NCBI RefSeq assembly: GCF_001447785.1
Contig: NW_015159739.1
Coordinates: forward strand, 84,534-147,009
Source of the DNA: Gekko japonicus
Taxonomy: Eukaryota
Length of the DNA: 62,476 nt
Direction: 5' to 3'
Below the pieces are notes generated by a model. That model was not told where the DNA came from and ran no database searches. It saw only the letters and a program-made list of their open reading frames with translations. The translations under genes were made by a program, and so were the position numbers. Positions 11,475 through 24,500 of this stretch are shown here, one piece after another. The stretch's first letter is position 1. Every line of letters starts with the position of its first letter.

Positions 11475-13211
11475 GTTTGAGGATGGTCAGGGCCAGGCGT
11501 TGGGGTAAACTACCCAGTTATCCCCTAAAGATCCTGCCTATCCCTCTTAAATGCCCCCAGGGGAGGCCCCAATTGGAAGGAGTCGGAGGTAGAGCCAAGT
11601 TGCTTCCTTTGATTAGAAAAGGAATCAAACAGCAAAGGAATGAGGAAGGAGATGCAATGGCTTCATAATCCCCAACTGCCGTATAGCATTTAGACATATG
11701 GATAGAATGGATCTCTGGAGAAGGACCAGGTGGTCCTAAAATGGGTTTCAAAGCATCAAGTGATTCTGCTCCCAAGAAGATGTAAAATGGTACAGAAGAC
11801 TACAGAATGGAGAGGTTATACCGCAAGGCATGCAACAGAAAGAACGACAAAATGTTGACAGAGAACATAAAGGAGACGATGTGGTGCCTCCCTTCTACAG
11901 CTACTATAATGAAAATAGTGTGTGTTGGGGGGGGATACTCTGCTGGGGGACAGGAGGGTGCATATTTGAGGCCCACAGCTGGAAGAATTTGGAGGGGAAA
12001 GATTGTAATCTAGCTGTTGGAGCTGTGGGGGGGAGTTGGAAGGCCAAGCGAGCTCCTTAAGGGCTTCAGTCTAGTTCCAGAGGGTCTATCCAAACTACAA
12101 GCTCACAGCCTGAAGTCCCTGAGCCTCAGCTTTCATTTTTTTTCCAGCCTTAGCGCTCTGCAGTTTCATTCCAAGAAAAGATATAAATCAGAAAAGCAGA
12201 AGTGAGCACCAGCCACCACCTAGGCAATTGGAGGGCCGTAAATCAAGCCAATCTAAATAAATAAATAAGTCTGAGGCACAGCCGCTCCAGCTGGAGCTTT
12301 TGCCTGATTGCTATCAGCCGCAATAATTCAAATCAGAGGGTCACCATTTCCAGAGCTTCCACCTTTGCTGTTACCTGGGCTGCTTAAATCCCACTAAAAA
12401 GGGAACTGAGAGACGTTTCATTATTGTTATTAGTGTTGCAACAGAAGCACATTGCATTCTCTCTGTATGTTCGACGAATTACGTTTACATTGTGGCTGTG
12501 CTTTAATTGAGGGCCAAGAGCTATTGGTGGGTAAGGGTAGTAATACGAGTAATGATAATATCTATCATGTTAAAAGAATTTGAATTGACCTTGATCCAGC
12601 TAAAGTTAGTCATGATTAAGATTGCAACCTTAGGCACACTTACTTGAGAGTAGGCCTCCAAATGCAGTGGAATATATCTCTGAGGAGACACACAATATGT
12701 GTTGCACATCTCGTGGAAACTCACAAAGCAAGTTAATTGTGATTAATTTTAGCTGGATCAGATATGTGGTTGGATCATACCATGCACAAGATACAGGAGT
12801 TTACAAGCATATATTCCTGGCATTCTCCTTTCCCCAGTAGCCTCTGTGTGAGTTGCCAACAGACCTGAAGAAAAATGTTCTATTCCTTTAATAGATGTTT
12901 AATGGGATGTCATTTACTTTCATACCATGAGAAGTTTCAACAGCCCATAAACATATATTAAAGGGTTAGATAATTTTTCTCTAACCCAGTGGGCAGCTAT
13001 ATTTGTAGACAAAATGCCATCTGGCTCGGAGGGCTATAGGAATTCCTCGTATTTCCAGAAGAGTTTGCTTCACTGCGATTCCTTTGCAAGCACACACAAA
13101 TACACAAACACACACTCACAAAAGGCAGGGAGCGATTTCTTCTTATTCCTCCTCTTTGCCATAGCCCTGCCCCCATGCCACATGGTATTTTATCCATGAG
13201 GGTCTTCCAAC

Positions 13212-14041
13212 TAGGGATGGGCATGAACTGCAGTTCGGTTTGTGGCCGAATTACGAACTGAACTGGTTCATTCTCTGATGCTCCAGCCAGGAGACCATGG
13301 GGGTTGGGGTGTCCTCCAGCGGCAGCAAAGCCAGGCCCAGCAGGAAGTGGGCTGGCCATGAGGGACACCCAACCCTCATGCTCCCCTGGGCTAGAGTGGC
13401 GTCCTTCCCTGCCTGTGCCACCTCCCCCCACCCTGGGCTCCTGGGGTGGGCCTGGCCGCTGTACTGCCACCACAGCCTGTGGCTGCATCCCTACTGTGGC
13501 TGCATGGCTTGCCACAGCCTCCACCTTGCTGCTGACTGCCTCAGCTAGCAGCCCCTTTTATCCCACCAGCCTCTCCTCCTCCACCAGCCTCTTGTCCTCC
13601 ACCAGCCTCATGGGTGAGTTTCCACTGGGAGATCTGGGTGTTGGGGGCATCCTCAGGCGATGGGGGAGAGTGGGTGAGCCCCCAGGCTCTCCTGGATTAC
13701 TGGGCAACAGAGAGGGGCTTCCCCTGCTGAAGTGCTATCCAGCCCCGACCCCAGACAGCATGCTCGCCATTTACAGTTTAAAAGGTTGAAACAGCTGAGT
13801 GGTGGGGACCACCACTCCCAGCCACTCAGCTGTTTTTGTGGCTTTTTGCTAGACCAGAAAGCAGGAGTTTAAATCCCTGCTTTCTGCTCTGGGCATGAAC
13901 CAGCATGTAGCCTATGAACTGTCTTAAACGTTTGTGGAAGTTTGTGATGGTAGAGCCATCAAAAACTTAGGGTCACAAACCACAAATAGATCAAAATCCA
14001 TGACAATTTTTGCCTTGTGGTTCGGTCCATGCCTATCCATA
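13212..14041. mobile_element. Non-autonomous hAT DNA transposon
   Basis: Imperfect TIRs TAGGGATGGGCATGAAC / GTCCATGCCTATCCATA; perfect 8-bp TSD CTTCCAAC (13204-13211, 14042-14049). Confidence 0.8.
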
Positions 14042-15346
14042 CTTCCAACCACGGTATGGTACAACTGTGACCCAGTGTGCCAGACATAACATCTTGTTTG
14101 GCCTTGAGCTGAACTAGAGCCTTCCCAGCTCTTTCTCTTTCTTGTTACATCACAATTGCTTTCAATGCTGAGACTAAAAAACCACTCTGTTTGGTGACGT
14201 TTTTCTCACTTTCTTTTTTTAATGGAGATGTCTGAGGGGTTGCTTTTGCCTTTGTAAATAACTCTCTGATTTCTCTGTTTTTTGTGTCCCATACATGTCA
14301 CCAGAGCAACTAGGGCTTTCCCCCAAAAGCCCTGTTGAAAGGAGAGGTTAATTTGTGGTACTCTTCTGCTGACTCAAGGCCCCTGTGGAATTTCCCCTCT
14401 TCAGTAAAACACTTCAGATGGCAACAGCTGCAGGATAAGCTTCTGGCAGTTACGGCAGGCCACACACACATCTAAAAGGGCTGCCAGACTCACTCCTTGA
14501 AAGATGCTGCTTTCCTTCCAGAGCCAGTCTGGTCATTTTGGAGGGAAGAGTCCTAAGTATTTCAATGGGACTTACTTTTTCATCATTTTTTTTTTAAAAG
14601 AGAGGTATTTGGGCTGAATTCTTCATTACCTTGAAACCCTGCAGAAGAATACAGATGTTGTCTTGTTGTGGCAACCCTCATTTCATCCATCTCATTGGTT
14701 CTACAGAGACAAAATTCATCTGAGTAAAGTTTAAAGAGACTGTAAATAAAGCTGGTTTTTGAGGCCTGGCCTACACATGCAGCAGAACAAGATGGTGATG
14801 AGGTGACAGTGTGTGGAAGTGATAGAATGAACAGTGACAATTTGCATGGCATGTTGCATTTTCTAGGATTCTTCTATAGCACAGGTGTCCAAAATACAAC
14901 CCTTGGGCCAAATGTGGTCTCCCTGAGATTTCTATCATTTTTTTGTGTGCGGTGTCCAAATTTAACCCCACTATAACTATACCATGAACCTGGGAAATAA
15001 CTATGAATAAATGCTCCAATAAATTTAAACTCACATTTGAGTTATGTCCGATACACATATACCAAGTTATTGTGTAGTGGGTTGCCGCATGGATGAACGA
15101 CAGAGACTGGCGTAGTGCATAGCACTCTTTATTTGGTACACAACAAAGACACAGGCCAACGGCCGGGAGGCCAACTATATACATCCCTGGGGACACACCC
15201 CTGGTTCCCGTTGGTGGGTTTGAATCTCCCGCCACGGTTCCCATTGGTTCCCCAGTGGAGGAACTAGGAGCCTAGCCCCTATTGTTCTCCCAGAGTCAAG
15301 CTCTGGCTGTTTTGCTGGTGGTCTGCATACACAACATCCCTCCCCC

Positions 15347-18300
15347 CTATGGTTCGGAACCACCCAAGTCACATAGTCCTTCAAATACGATGGGGACCGT
15401 CGTTCTCTTGTGGACCATCGGGGGGTGGGTATTGGGATCGCTGGACCCCCATCCGCTGTGTTGGGTTGACTTACTGGTGGAGGGTCTTCTGGTCCTGCAG
15501 CGCCTTGTATTGGGGCCTCTTCCGCGACCGCTGGAGGACCGGGAGTCAGGTTCGGCTGTTCGGCCGGGGTCGTGGCCTGCGTGGGGGGTTCCTGCGCGTC
15601 CCCCTCTAGGGTTGGTTGCCGTTCCTGACTCTCCTCGCCAAAGTGTTCTGGTAGCAAGCGCCGACGGAGCTGATCTATGTGCCTCCGCAGTACTTGCCCA
15701 CACTCGGTTGACACCTCGTACATCCGGGTGCCCAAGGGACGGATGACATGGCCGGCTAGCCATGCCGGTCCCCTGCCAAAGTTCTTGGCGAAGATTGTGT
15801 CCTCCGGAAAAAATCCCTGAGGTGCTTCCCGCTGTTTGGGCGTGTTCCGAGCCTCTGGAGCCCGATCCGGGTGCAGGCGGTCTAACAATGTTCGTGGTCT
15901 TCGGCCCATGAGGAGCTCTGCGGGGCAGCGGCCACTCACCGGGTTGGGCGTGATGCGATGTGCTAAGAGAAATTGTGTGATGCGCTTCTCCCAGTCCCCC
16001 TCCGTCAAGCAGCTCAAAGCTTCCTTTGTTGTCCGCACCATTCTTTCGGCTTGGCCGTTGGTCGCGGGGTGGAATGGCGCTGACCTGATGTGCCGGATTA
16101 GGTTGCCGCTGAGGAATTGCTGAAACTCCCCCGACGTGAACGCCGTCCCATTGTCTGAGACGATGGTGTCTGGCAGACCGTGGGTGGCGAAAATCGGACA
16201 GAGGGCACGGAAGGTGGCCTTGGAGGACGTTGTGGAGACGGGGCTTACCTCCAGCCACTTGGTGTAGGAATCCACCGTCACCAAAAACAACAGTCCATGG
16301 AATGGTCCGGCAAAGTCTATGTGGAGCCGGGACCACGGGGTGTGAGTGGATTCCCAGGACTGGGAGGGTGCCCCCGGTGGGCTGGGTCTTACCTCTTGGC
16401 AGGTGGGGCAGCGTTTCACCCACGCTTCCACCTCTGCGTCGATTCCCGGCCACCAGACGTAGCTCCGGGCGAGGCCCTTCATCCGCACAATTCCTGGGTG
16501 TGCCTCGTGTAGACCTTTTGCCGCAGGGCGCTGGGGACCACGACCCGGTCTCCCCACAGCAGGCAGCCCTTGTGCGCCGACAACTCCTCTCGATGAGCCG
16601 TGAATGCAGCAAATTCTGGCCCCTCTACTTTCGTGGGCCAACCCCTCACCACCCAGTCCAGCACTTGGGATAAGATAGGGTCCCGAGTCGAGTGGCGGGC
16701 GATGTCCGCAGCCTGGAGTGGCACCTCCGGAAGATCCTCTACTCGGAGGACCCGGTGCACCGGGGCTGGGTCCTCCACGACGCCAGGCAGGGGCAGGCGT
16801 CTGAGGGCGTCTGCGTGGCCCATGGCTTTTCCGGGACGGTGCTTGATCCAGTAGTCGTAGGCTGCCAGGAAAATGGTCCATCGCAGGACACGCGGGGAGA
16901 TGACTTGCGGCATTCTCCTATCAGGTGCGAACAAGCCGAGGAGCAGGCGGTGGTCTGTGGCAATTGTGAAGGGCCGGCCATAGACGAAGTCGTGGAACTT
17001 CTTGACCCTGGCCACAATTGCCAGTCCCTCGCGATCTATCTGGGCGTAGTTTCGCTCCGCTGCCGATAGAGTGTGCGAGTAGTACGCGACCAGGACTTTG
17101 CGGCCATTCGGTAGGTGATGTGCCAGCACAGCCCCGACTCCATAGGGTGAGGCGTCGCAGGCCAGCACCACTGGCAACGACTCGTCAAAATGGGCCAGGA
17201 CCGCGTTGGAAATCAAGAGTCCCTTGACGTTCCTGAACGCGGCGGCTTGCCGGGGCCCCCACACCCAAGGGGCCTGCTTGTCCAACAAGCGATGAAGGGG
17301 TTCCGCTACCGCCGCCTTGTGAGGAAGAAAGGCATGATAAAAGTTCAGGATTCCTAAGAATGCCTGTAGTTCTACCTTCGACTTCAGCGGCGGTGCCTCT
17401 ACAATCGCTTTCACCTTCTCCCGGGTTGGGTGGAGGCCCTCCGTGTCCACCGTGAACCCCAAAAAGTCCACTGACGGTACTCCCAGGTGGCACTTGTCCA
17501 GCTTCAGCTTTAGCCCAGCATCCTGGAAACGAGTGAGCACCGCACGGAGGCGCTTCGCGAAGTCGGCCGGCGTGGCTGCGGCGATCAACACATCGTCGAA
17601 GAAGGGGGTGACGCCGGGGATCCCTTTAAGGAGAGAGTCCATCAGTTGCTGAAACAGCCCGGGTGCCACGCTCACTCCAAAGCTCAATCGCTTGACACGG
17701 AATGCCCCCCGGTGTGTAACGATCGTTTGCACCTCCGCAGTTGCCTCATCTACTGGCAACTGCTGATATGCTTGGGCGAGATCTAGTTTGCCGAAGATCT
17801 TCGCCTCGCCCAAGGTGGCCAGAATGTGGCTAACCACAGGGACCGGGTATGCGTGGTCCTGTAGCGCCTTGTTCAAGGTACATTTATAGTCTGCGCAGAT
17901 GCGGACTGCCCCATTGGGTTTATTCACCACTACTAAGGGAGTCTCCCACGCCGTGTGGGAGACGGGTTCCAGGATGCCTTGAGCTACTAGGCGGTCCAGT
18001 TCCGTGTCGATCTTGGGCTTGACCGACAACGGAACTGTCCTGGCACGCATTCTAATGGGGGCCACCGAGGGGTCTAAGCGCAAGGACACCGGGGGGCCCG
18101 TATACTGGCCCAGATAGTCATCAAACACTGCGGGAAACTCCTGGCAAATACCCTTGAAGTATTGGGTCATGCACGCTTGTACTCCCTCGACCGTGATTCC
18201 CAGGGGTTCGAACCAGGCCCGCCCCAGCAAACTGACTAGGTCGCCCTCGACCACTATTAAGTCCAGGTTCCTTTTAAAGTTCTTGAACTGGACCCTGAAC

Positions 18301-19461
18301 GTTCCGATTCCCTTCATCGGCACCTGGTTCCGCTGGAAGTCCATGAGCGTCACCTGGGCAGGCCGCAATCAGGGTCCCCCCTTAGGGCAAAGGCGCTTCA
18401 GCGTTGCTGCTGAGATTATTGAAGCTGCGGAGCCCGAATCCACCTCCATTTCACAAGGGGACCCCTCTATTTTCACGGTGGCCATGAACTTAGGGGCGGG
18501 GGATTTGCCGGGGAGTCTCAGTATTTTCTCCGCTGTGTGTGTGAGGAGGTAGAGGTCCTCTGCGCCGGCGACCTCTTCGAAGTGGGCCTCGGCTCTTTGG
18601 CTTGCTGGCTGGGGCCGTCCCGTTGGCTTGGATCGGCAAACCTTCGCGATGTGGCCCATGTGATTACAGCTGCGGCAAGCGACGTTCCGGAACCTGCAGG
18701 TCTTCCGATCGTGCCCGATCATGCTGATCTCCGCAGCTGGCACATGCGGATGCGCTGGGATGCTGGCGGCCGGTGCTCACGTTTGTAGCTGGGGTACAGT
18801 GCGGTGCTTGGGTGCGCTGCCGGGCCCCACCGTAGGCCAGATGGACGTCCTGCTCCTCGGGATCTTCTGGCTCGACCTGGAGGGTCGTGGCCGGGGTGGC
18901 GTGCAACCTCTCCCACATGATGGCGAGGGCCTCTTTGAGGTCGGCCTTCTCCTTCTCCATGATCCGCCATCTGGGCTTCTCCTTGCACAGGCCCACGACA
19001 AAGCGGTCACGGAGGGCATCGTCCAAATGTGCCCCAAAGTCGCAGTCAGTGGCGAGGTGTCGCAGCTCTGCGAGGAACTCTGCGGCCGTCTCTCTGCCCT
19101 GCTGGCTGCGGGTGTAGAAGGTCACCCTGCACGTCAGGACTGTCGGCTTGGGCGCGTAGTAGTTTTGCACCGCCGTGACAATCTGGTCGAAGGTGCAGGT
19201 GTCGAGGTTCGTCGGGGACAACAATCTCTCGGCCAGGGACACGACTGTGGTGCCACAGGAAGCCAGGAGGAACCCTCTTTTCTTGCCGTCGTCTGTCGCA
19301 TCGTAGAAATCTAGCGCGGACTTGATGCCTCTGACCCAGGCTGGCCAGTCTTGCGGACGGGCTATGTCGAAGGGCGGCAGCAGCCCAAGCCCTGCCTTAG
19401 TCGCCATTGTGCGCGTCGGAGCGGATGGGAGAGAAGCGGCCTCGGCGGCTGGATCGCTCAT
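15347..19461 (-). pseudogene. gag-pol polyprotein of the Gypsy element, broken by two frameshifts and one stop
   Basis: ORFs 19461-18664 (gag), 18743-18369 (CCHC, VDSGS protease), 18368-16479 (RT LDLAQAYQQ/FFDD; RNase H CDASPYG), 16881-15175 (integrase H..HPG..C..C, HIDFAGP, SDNG, GQAER). Lesions: 10-bp duplication 18705-18724, TGA at 18371-18369, frameshift near 16512. Confidence 0.9.
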
Positions 19462-19521
19462 CAGATCGCTGCTGCTTCGCGTCCTCTCGGTTCCTCACAA
19501 CAGCCCGGCTCAGTTGCGGCT

Positions 19522-19541
19522 GAATCCCATCCTCGTCGCCA
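19522..19541 (-). promoter_or_regulatory. tRNA-Ser(GCU) primer-binding site
   Basis: TGGCGACGAGGATGGGATTC is complementary to the vertebrate tRNA-Ser(GCU) 3' end GAATCCCATCCTCGTCG-CCA (tRNA sequence from recall). Confidence 0.8.
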
Positions 19542-19987
19542 CTATTGTGTAGTGGGTTGCCGCATGGATGAACGACAGAGACTGGTGTAGTGCATAGCAC
19601 TCTTTATTTGGTACACAACAAAGACACAGGCCAACGGCCGGGAGGCCAACTATATACATCCCTGGGGACACACCCCTGGTTCCCGTTGGTGGGTTTGAAT
19701 CTCCCGCCACGGTTCCCATTGGTTCCCCATGGAGGGACTAAGAGCCTAGTCCCTATTGTTCTCCCAGAGTCAAGCTCTGGCTGTTTTGCTGGTGGTCTGC
19801 ATACACAACACAAGTACAGTCCCTCTTGATTCTGATGTTCAGAATAACATCAAAGTTATTGAGTGGCTAAGACTGGAAATGGATGCATTACTCAGAGCCT
19901 CATAGATCATGTGGCCTGCTGTTGAAAGAACACTCAGATGCTCCAATCTACAGCAATAACTAACTAGGATAATATGCTAGACTAGAA

Positions 19988-20030
19988 CCTCTCTCTCCCT
20001 CTCTCTCTCCCTCTCTCTCTCCCTCTCTCT
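19988..20030 (+). repeat. (CT)n microsatellite
   Basis: Interrupted CT run. Confidence 0.9.
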
Positions 20031-21265
20031 AATCTTCCCCATAGAACAGCAATAGAATGTGCCTTGTTACATTCTACACCTCAGGATTCTACCACTTCTT
20101 TCTGTTGCATATGCAGACAAGGCTTTGCACTTCTCTGGTTCCCCCTCCCATTTTCATTCCTCAATGCCAGTCTCAGACATTATCTTCTTCACATATCAGG
20201 CATTATGTCCACATATCCTGTCTCCCAGTGTACTTCCCACCCCAATGACCAACAAACAGAACCTAAAAGCTTCAGGTGCATAAATCAGCCCGGATTTTTT
20301 TCCCTCTGAGAGACCTGGGTTCAAAATATACTTAATTAACTCAATTGTTGGTGGCTTTTTTGTCATAGTCATGGGATTATCTACATAATAGGGTGGTCAC
20401 AAAAATGAATTTTTTAGAGATAAAACAATATTGTGTGCTGAGCTGCGGTTCAACATTTGAATTAGTGAAGTCTTGGGGAAAGATCTCTTTCAAAATCTGA
20501 TTTTAAGGAGTACTTTTAAAGCAGTCTGTTTTAAACTTCATTACATTTTAAGCCTATTAAGTATCAGTTTGCCAAATTTAGTACTTTAATGATTACCCCC
20601 ACACACCCCTCTTAAAAATCCAAGTTCAACAGCATCCAGAATTTAAAATGGGCAAAAAAGTTTTACCTCATGAAAGAGGGTCAAAGTTTTGTGCATGTGG
20701 TCTAGACTGAAATCTTACACTATTGTGGTCTTTGAATCACTGTTACTTCATTACCTGATCTTTCTTTTCTTCTTTTCACTTGAATACAAGAAGCAAGGGT
20801 CAAAATGAACAGTTTGGCATGGAGCTGAAGCAAGGCTGCTGATCTAGATTATACTGTTAGAAATCCTGCACCCTGACTTGATTTGAGTGATGCCAGATGT
20901 GTGAAAAATCCTACTTGATGGCTCGTGATACTGAGCTGACTCCCTCACTCCTGGCTCTCCGCTCGTCTTCCCCTCATTGTTTTGAACATGCTGAGGAGCA
21001 CCTTGCTTGAAAACTGATCTACATAGAATTGAATTCCATTTCATCAAAGAATCAGCTTTCCCCCGCTCGCCTCAGTCTTGCCACCCCATTAATCTTAATA
21101 GACTTTTGTTTAGCTGTGTGGGCAAGTTGAATTACCTTTTATGTCTTGTGGCATTTTTTTTGTAATTTGGGATGGGTAGAAAAAAGTGTGCTTTGTGTCC
21201 TTTTGAACAGTAGCTGGTTCAAGCTAGATGACAAAAAGAAGCATTGTGGCATTTTAGAGACTATG

Positions 21266-21574
21266 AGCCTTTTGTGGGAATGAGCCGGCCCGGGCTGAAC
21301 TACAGCTGTGTCTACCCATGGCAAGGCTATTGTGAGAATCCACTGGCACGTGCAGGCAAGGAACTGGCCTGGACTTTTGGCAAGCTGCTACAAATGTTAC
21401 AGAAAGGCAAGCGGTACAAACGCTTGGAGAGAGGGAGAGAGAGACTTTGCAGCAGCGTGCCAAGAGGCAAAGCCAGTTTACTCCAGCATGTGCCAGCATA
21501 GTCTCAAAATAGCCTTGTCACAGGTTGATACAGCTGTGAGTCAGCGTGGGTTGGCTTGGTTCCACAGCAGGGCT
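21266..21574. repeat. Diverged long inverted repeat (~130-bp arms, ~50-bp spacer)
   Basis: 21266-21393 aligns to the reverse complement of 21446-21574 at roughly 70% identity (e.g. ACAGCTGTGTC..CAAGGCTATTGTGAGA vs ACAGCTGTATC..CAAGGCTATTTTGAGA). Confidence 0.8.
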
Positions 21575-24500
21575 GGGCAGGTGAAGGATCTCTCTGCTGT
21601 TTACTGAAAGCAAGTTAAGGGGCCACTGATTTGTCAGATAGCATAAGGGGAATTTTTTGGGGGGGGGGCTCCTTGCCTTTTCTATCCCTATCATTTTTAT
21701 CTTACTTTACCCCTTCCTCCAAAAGTTCAGGGCAGCCTACATAATGCTCCTCCATTTTATTCTCATAGCAACCCTGTAAGGTAGGCTAGCAAGAGACTAG
21801 ACAAGGGTAATTTAGCTTCATAATGGAGTGAGGACTAAACCAGGCAACATCTTAATGGTTGTACCACACTGGGTCTCTACATCTCTCTCTCTCACACACA
21901 CAAACACTCCTACCTCATTTTCTCAAACCCTTCTTTCCCCTCCCGTATTGTCTGCCCTTGTTCGCCTTAGATGGCAGCAGGGATGGCTGGAGGGAGCCAT
22001 GGGGCAGACAGAGTTGCCAAAAGTCGTGGGGGGGGGGGAGAGAGATCCTGGCTGTATAATGTGTGGAAATGGGCATCTGAAGCTTTTCATGGCATGGAGG
22101 TAAATACCATCTTCTGGTAAATAACATCCCATTAAACTTCTATTAAAGGGACTGGACATTTTTCTCCAGACCCACTGGCAACCCTAGCTAGGAAAGTGTT
22201 TGTGCTTTGCTTTCTGCAATCCAGAAGGAGTGTAAAAAAGTTTCATTTCAGAGAGCATTTGGTGTTTTGGTAAACTGTTTGGGCAGATCTGGCTTTTAAA
22301 AAATCTTGTGTGTTGCATTTATCTTGTTAAGGACCATTGTATTGCTTTTATATGTTTGCAGCTTGTTGCTTGAGTGGCAGCCTTCAAGTCTAAAGAAAGC
22401 AGGCAGGATATGAATATTTTAAATAAATAAAATGAAGCTGCCTCCCCTCCGGAACCCTGCCAAAGGTTCGCTGGAAGCACTCATGGTCCATTGCAAGGGG
22501 AGGAAAAGTAAAATGGCCTTGTCACCCAGAAAATTTCTGACCATACCAGTGATGGAAGGGACAGAAGCAGAGAACTAGCTTATGAAAGGATGATTGACGG
22601 AGGAGGTACACATACTTTTCAGCATGATGACAGCAACTGTTAAGTGAGGGGTTTGAAGCTTCTACAATATAATAGCTGTGATGAGTTTAACATTTGTCTT
22701 GCAGCACCAATACGGTGCTCAACACATCGCTGACCCTTCAGCCCCCCCAACTCACGATTTCCTGCTTCAGGTCATTTCCTGTTTTCTGTTGTAGCATGAG
22801 CAGAGTACAGACTCACCCCCCCCTCTTTTGGCAAAGCAATGCACACCAAATAAATCTGATCCTGAGCAGCTGTTAAGTGATCTGTGGTGTGGGAAGCCAC
22901 TGGGAACATCCCATCATTACCATTTTTCGAAACAGGTCCAATGTCTTTCCTGGTGAGGCTGAAAAGGGTGGCTGTTTTTATAAGAATGTCTGAATATTGT
23001 TCAATGAGAGAAACATTTTTAATTGCACATACATTCTAGTACATGTAAGCGCTATTTGATTTACTACCACGAGAAAAATTGTTAACAATTTCAAATGTTA
23101 TTTTTTTAAAGGCTGTGAAATATCAGAATTATGCCATTTTTACATGTTCAAAGGGAAAGTATGCATGTTTTTCTTCTTGGTGCAGGGATGCCAGTTTCCA
23201 GGTGGATTCTGGGTATCCCCTGGAATTACAGCCCATCTCCAGACTACAGAATCAATTCCCCTGGGGAAAATGGATGTTTTAGAGGCAGGACTTTATGGCA
23301 TTGTACCTCCTGAGGTCCCTGTCTTCCCCAGGCTCCACCCCCAAATCTCCAGGAGTTTCCCAACCTGGATCTGACCACCCCATCTCCCCCCCCCCCATGG
23401 CCAGGAGGGACCTGGAAGCCCTACTTTGGTGCAATTTGAAATCTCTTTTCCACCTAGCAACATCTAATCCAATTTAGTCTGCAACATCTCCTGTGCTCCC
23501 TTTTAAAATTTGTGCAGGCTGCAGACCTGAATCTTTCCCATCATGCCCTAAAACATCTCCCCCCCCCCATTCTTTGTACTAATCATCCAACCTGATGAGG
23601 AATTGTGGGGCAATCGAAAGGTTACATACCATTTTGTGACATTTGGGCTGGTCCTGATAACAAGTTATTAAGCTGCTATTGTTTGAGGGTTTTCCCCCCT
23701 AATAGACCAGGAGCTGCAATCTTTATTTAATTTGTTACATCAGTTTGAAATCCTTCCTTACTTCTTTTATGAGCAACAGAAAATGACTGGAGAGCAAGTC
23801 CCACTGTTCCCTATGTCCCAAAGAAAACAGAGGCCTAATAATCAAAATTGTGTCCTAATTGCCTTCTGTTTAAATATTACATTTTAGTAGTATCCTGTTA
23901 GTCAGATATAAAAGAAAGCCTGTGCTGTTAGAAATACTTCTGAACCTGCTACCAATATGTGTTTGTTTGTTTGTTTAAAAGTCTACATTTAGGGGCTACA
24001 ATGGTTAGATCCAAACATTTTGGGGGTTTGGGGAGGGTGGGTCTAATTGGGTTTTTTTGACAGGAGGCTCCACTGCTCCTCCTCAGTGTAAAGAATCACC
24101 TCCTCCTAACAACAATGCCCTCTGCCCTAGAACTCATGCCAATAATCCAGCCACTGGGTTACGCTGTATCCATGTCACAGGAACCCCTCTGAAAATCTGT
24201 AGCTGGCACAGAGGATGAGTACCAGGAATGGTGCATCTCCCCCTTCCCCTCCCCAGCACAGAACACTCAAGCTCTTAAATATGAAAATGGAAGGCCGGGG
24301 TAGGGGACAAAGGATTTGCTATGCCACACCTTGCTGGAATGTTACACCTCAGGGACAGGGTTATGGATAGCCAAATGGTTAGTTTTCTGTTCCTCTTGAG
24401 GTAGGAAGATCAGAATTGGGGGGGGGGGCTGTCCAGGAGGAGATGATAAATTTCCAGGTTAAAGGAAAGAAAAGCTTTTCCATCTTGGCCTTCTCCTTGG

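Larger units (their letters stand above)
15068..19810 (-). mobile_element. Full-length Ty3/Gypsy LTR retrotransposon (K02A2.6-like), young but disrupted
   Basis: LTRs 19810-19543 and 15336-15068 (~98% identical); 5-bp TSD CAAGT (15063-15067, 19811-19815); PBS 19541-19522; PPT AGGGGGGAGGGA next to the 3' LTR; order gag, zinc knuckles, protease (DSG), RT, RNase H, integrase. Confidence 0.97.

Noticed and set aside
12997-13789. Overlapping 161-175 aa ORFs
   Set aside because: Low-complexity GC-rich interior of a non-autonomous hAT element; no transposase motifs.
15347-16612. 421-aa alternative-frame ORF overlapping the integrase (possible env or accessory gene)
   Set aside because: Arg/Gly/Pro-rich shadow frame of GC-rich coding sequence; no signal peptide or transmembrane segment.
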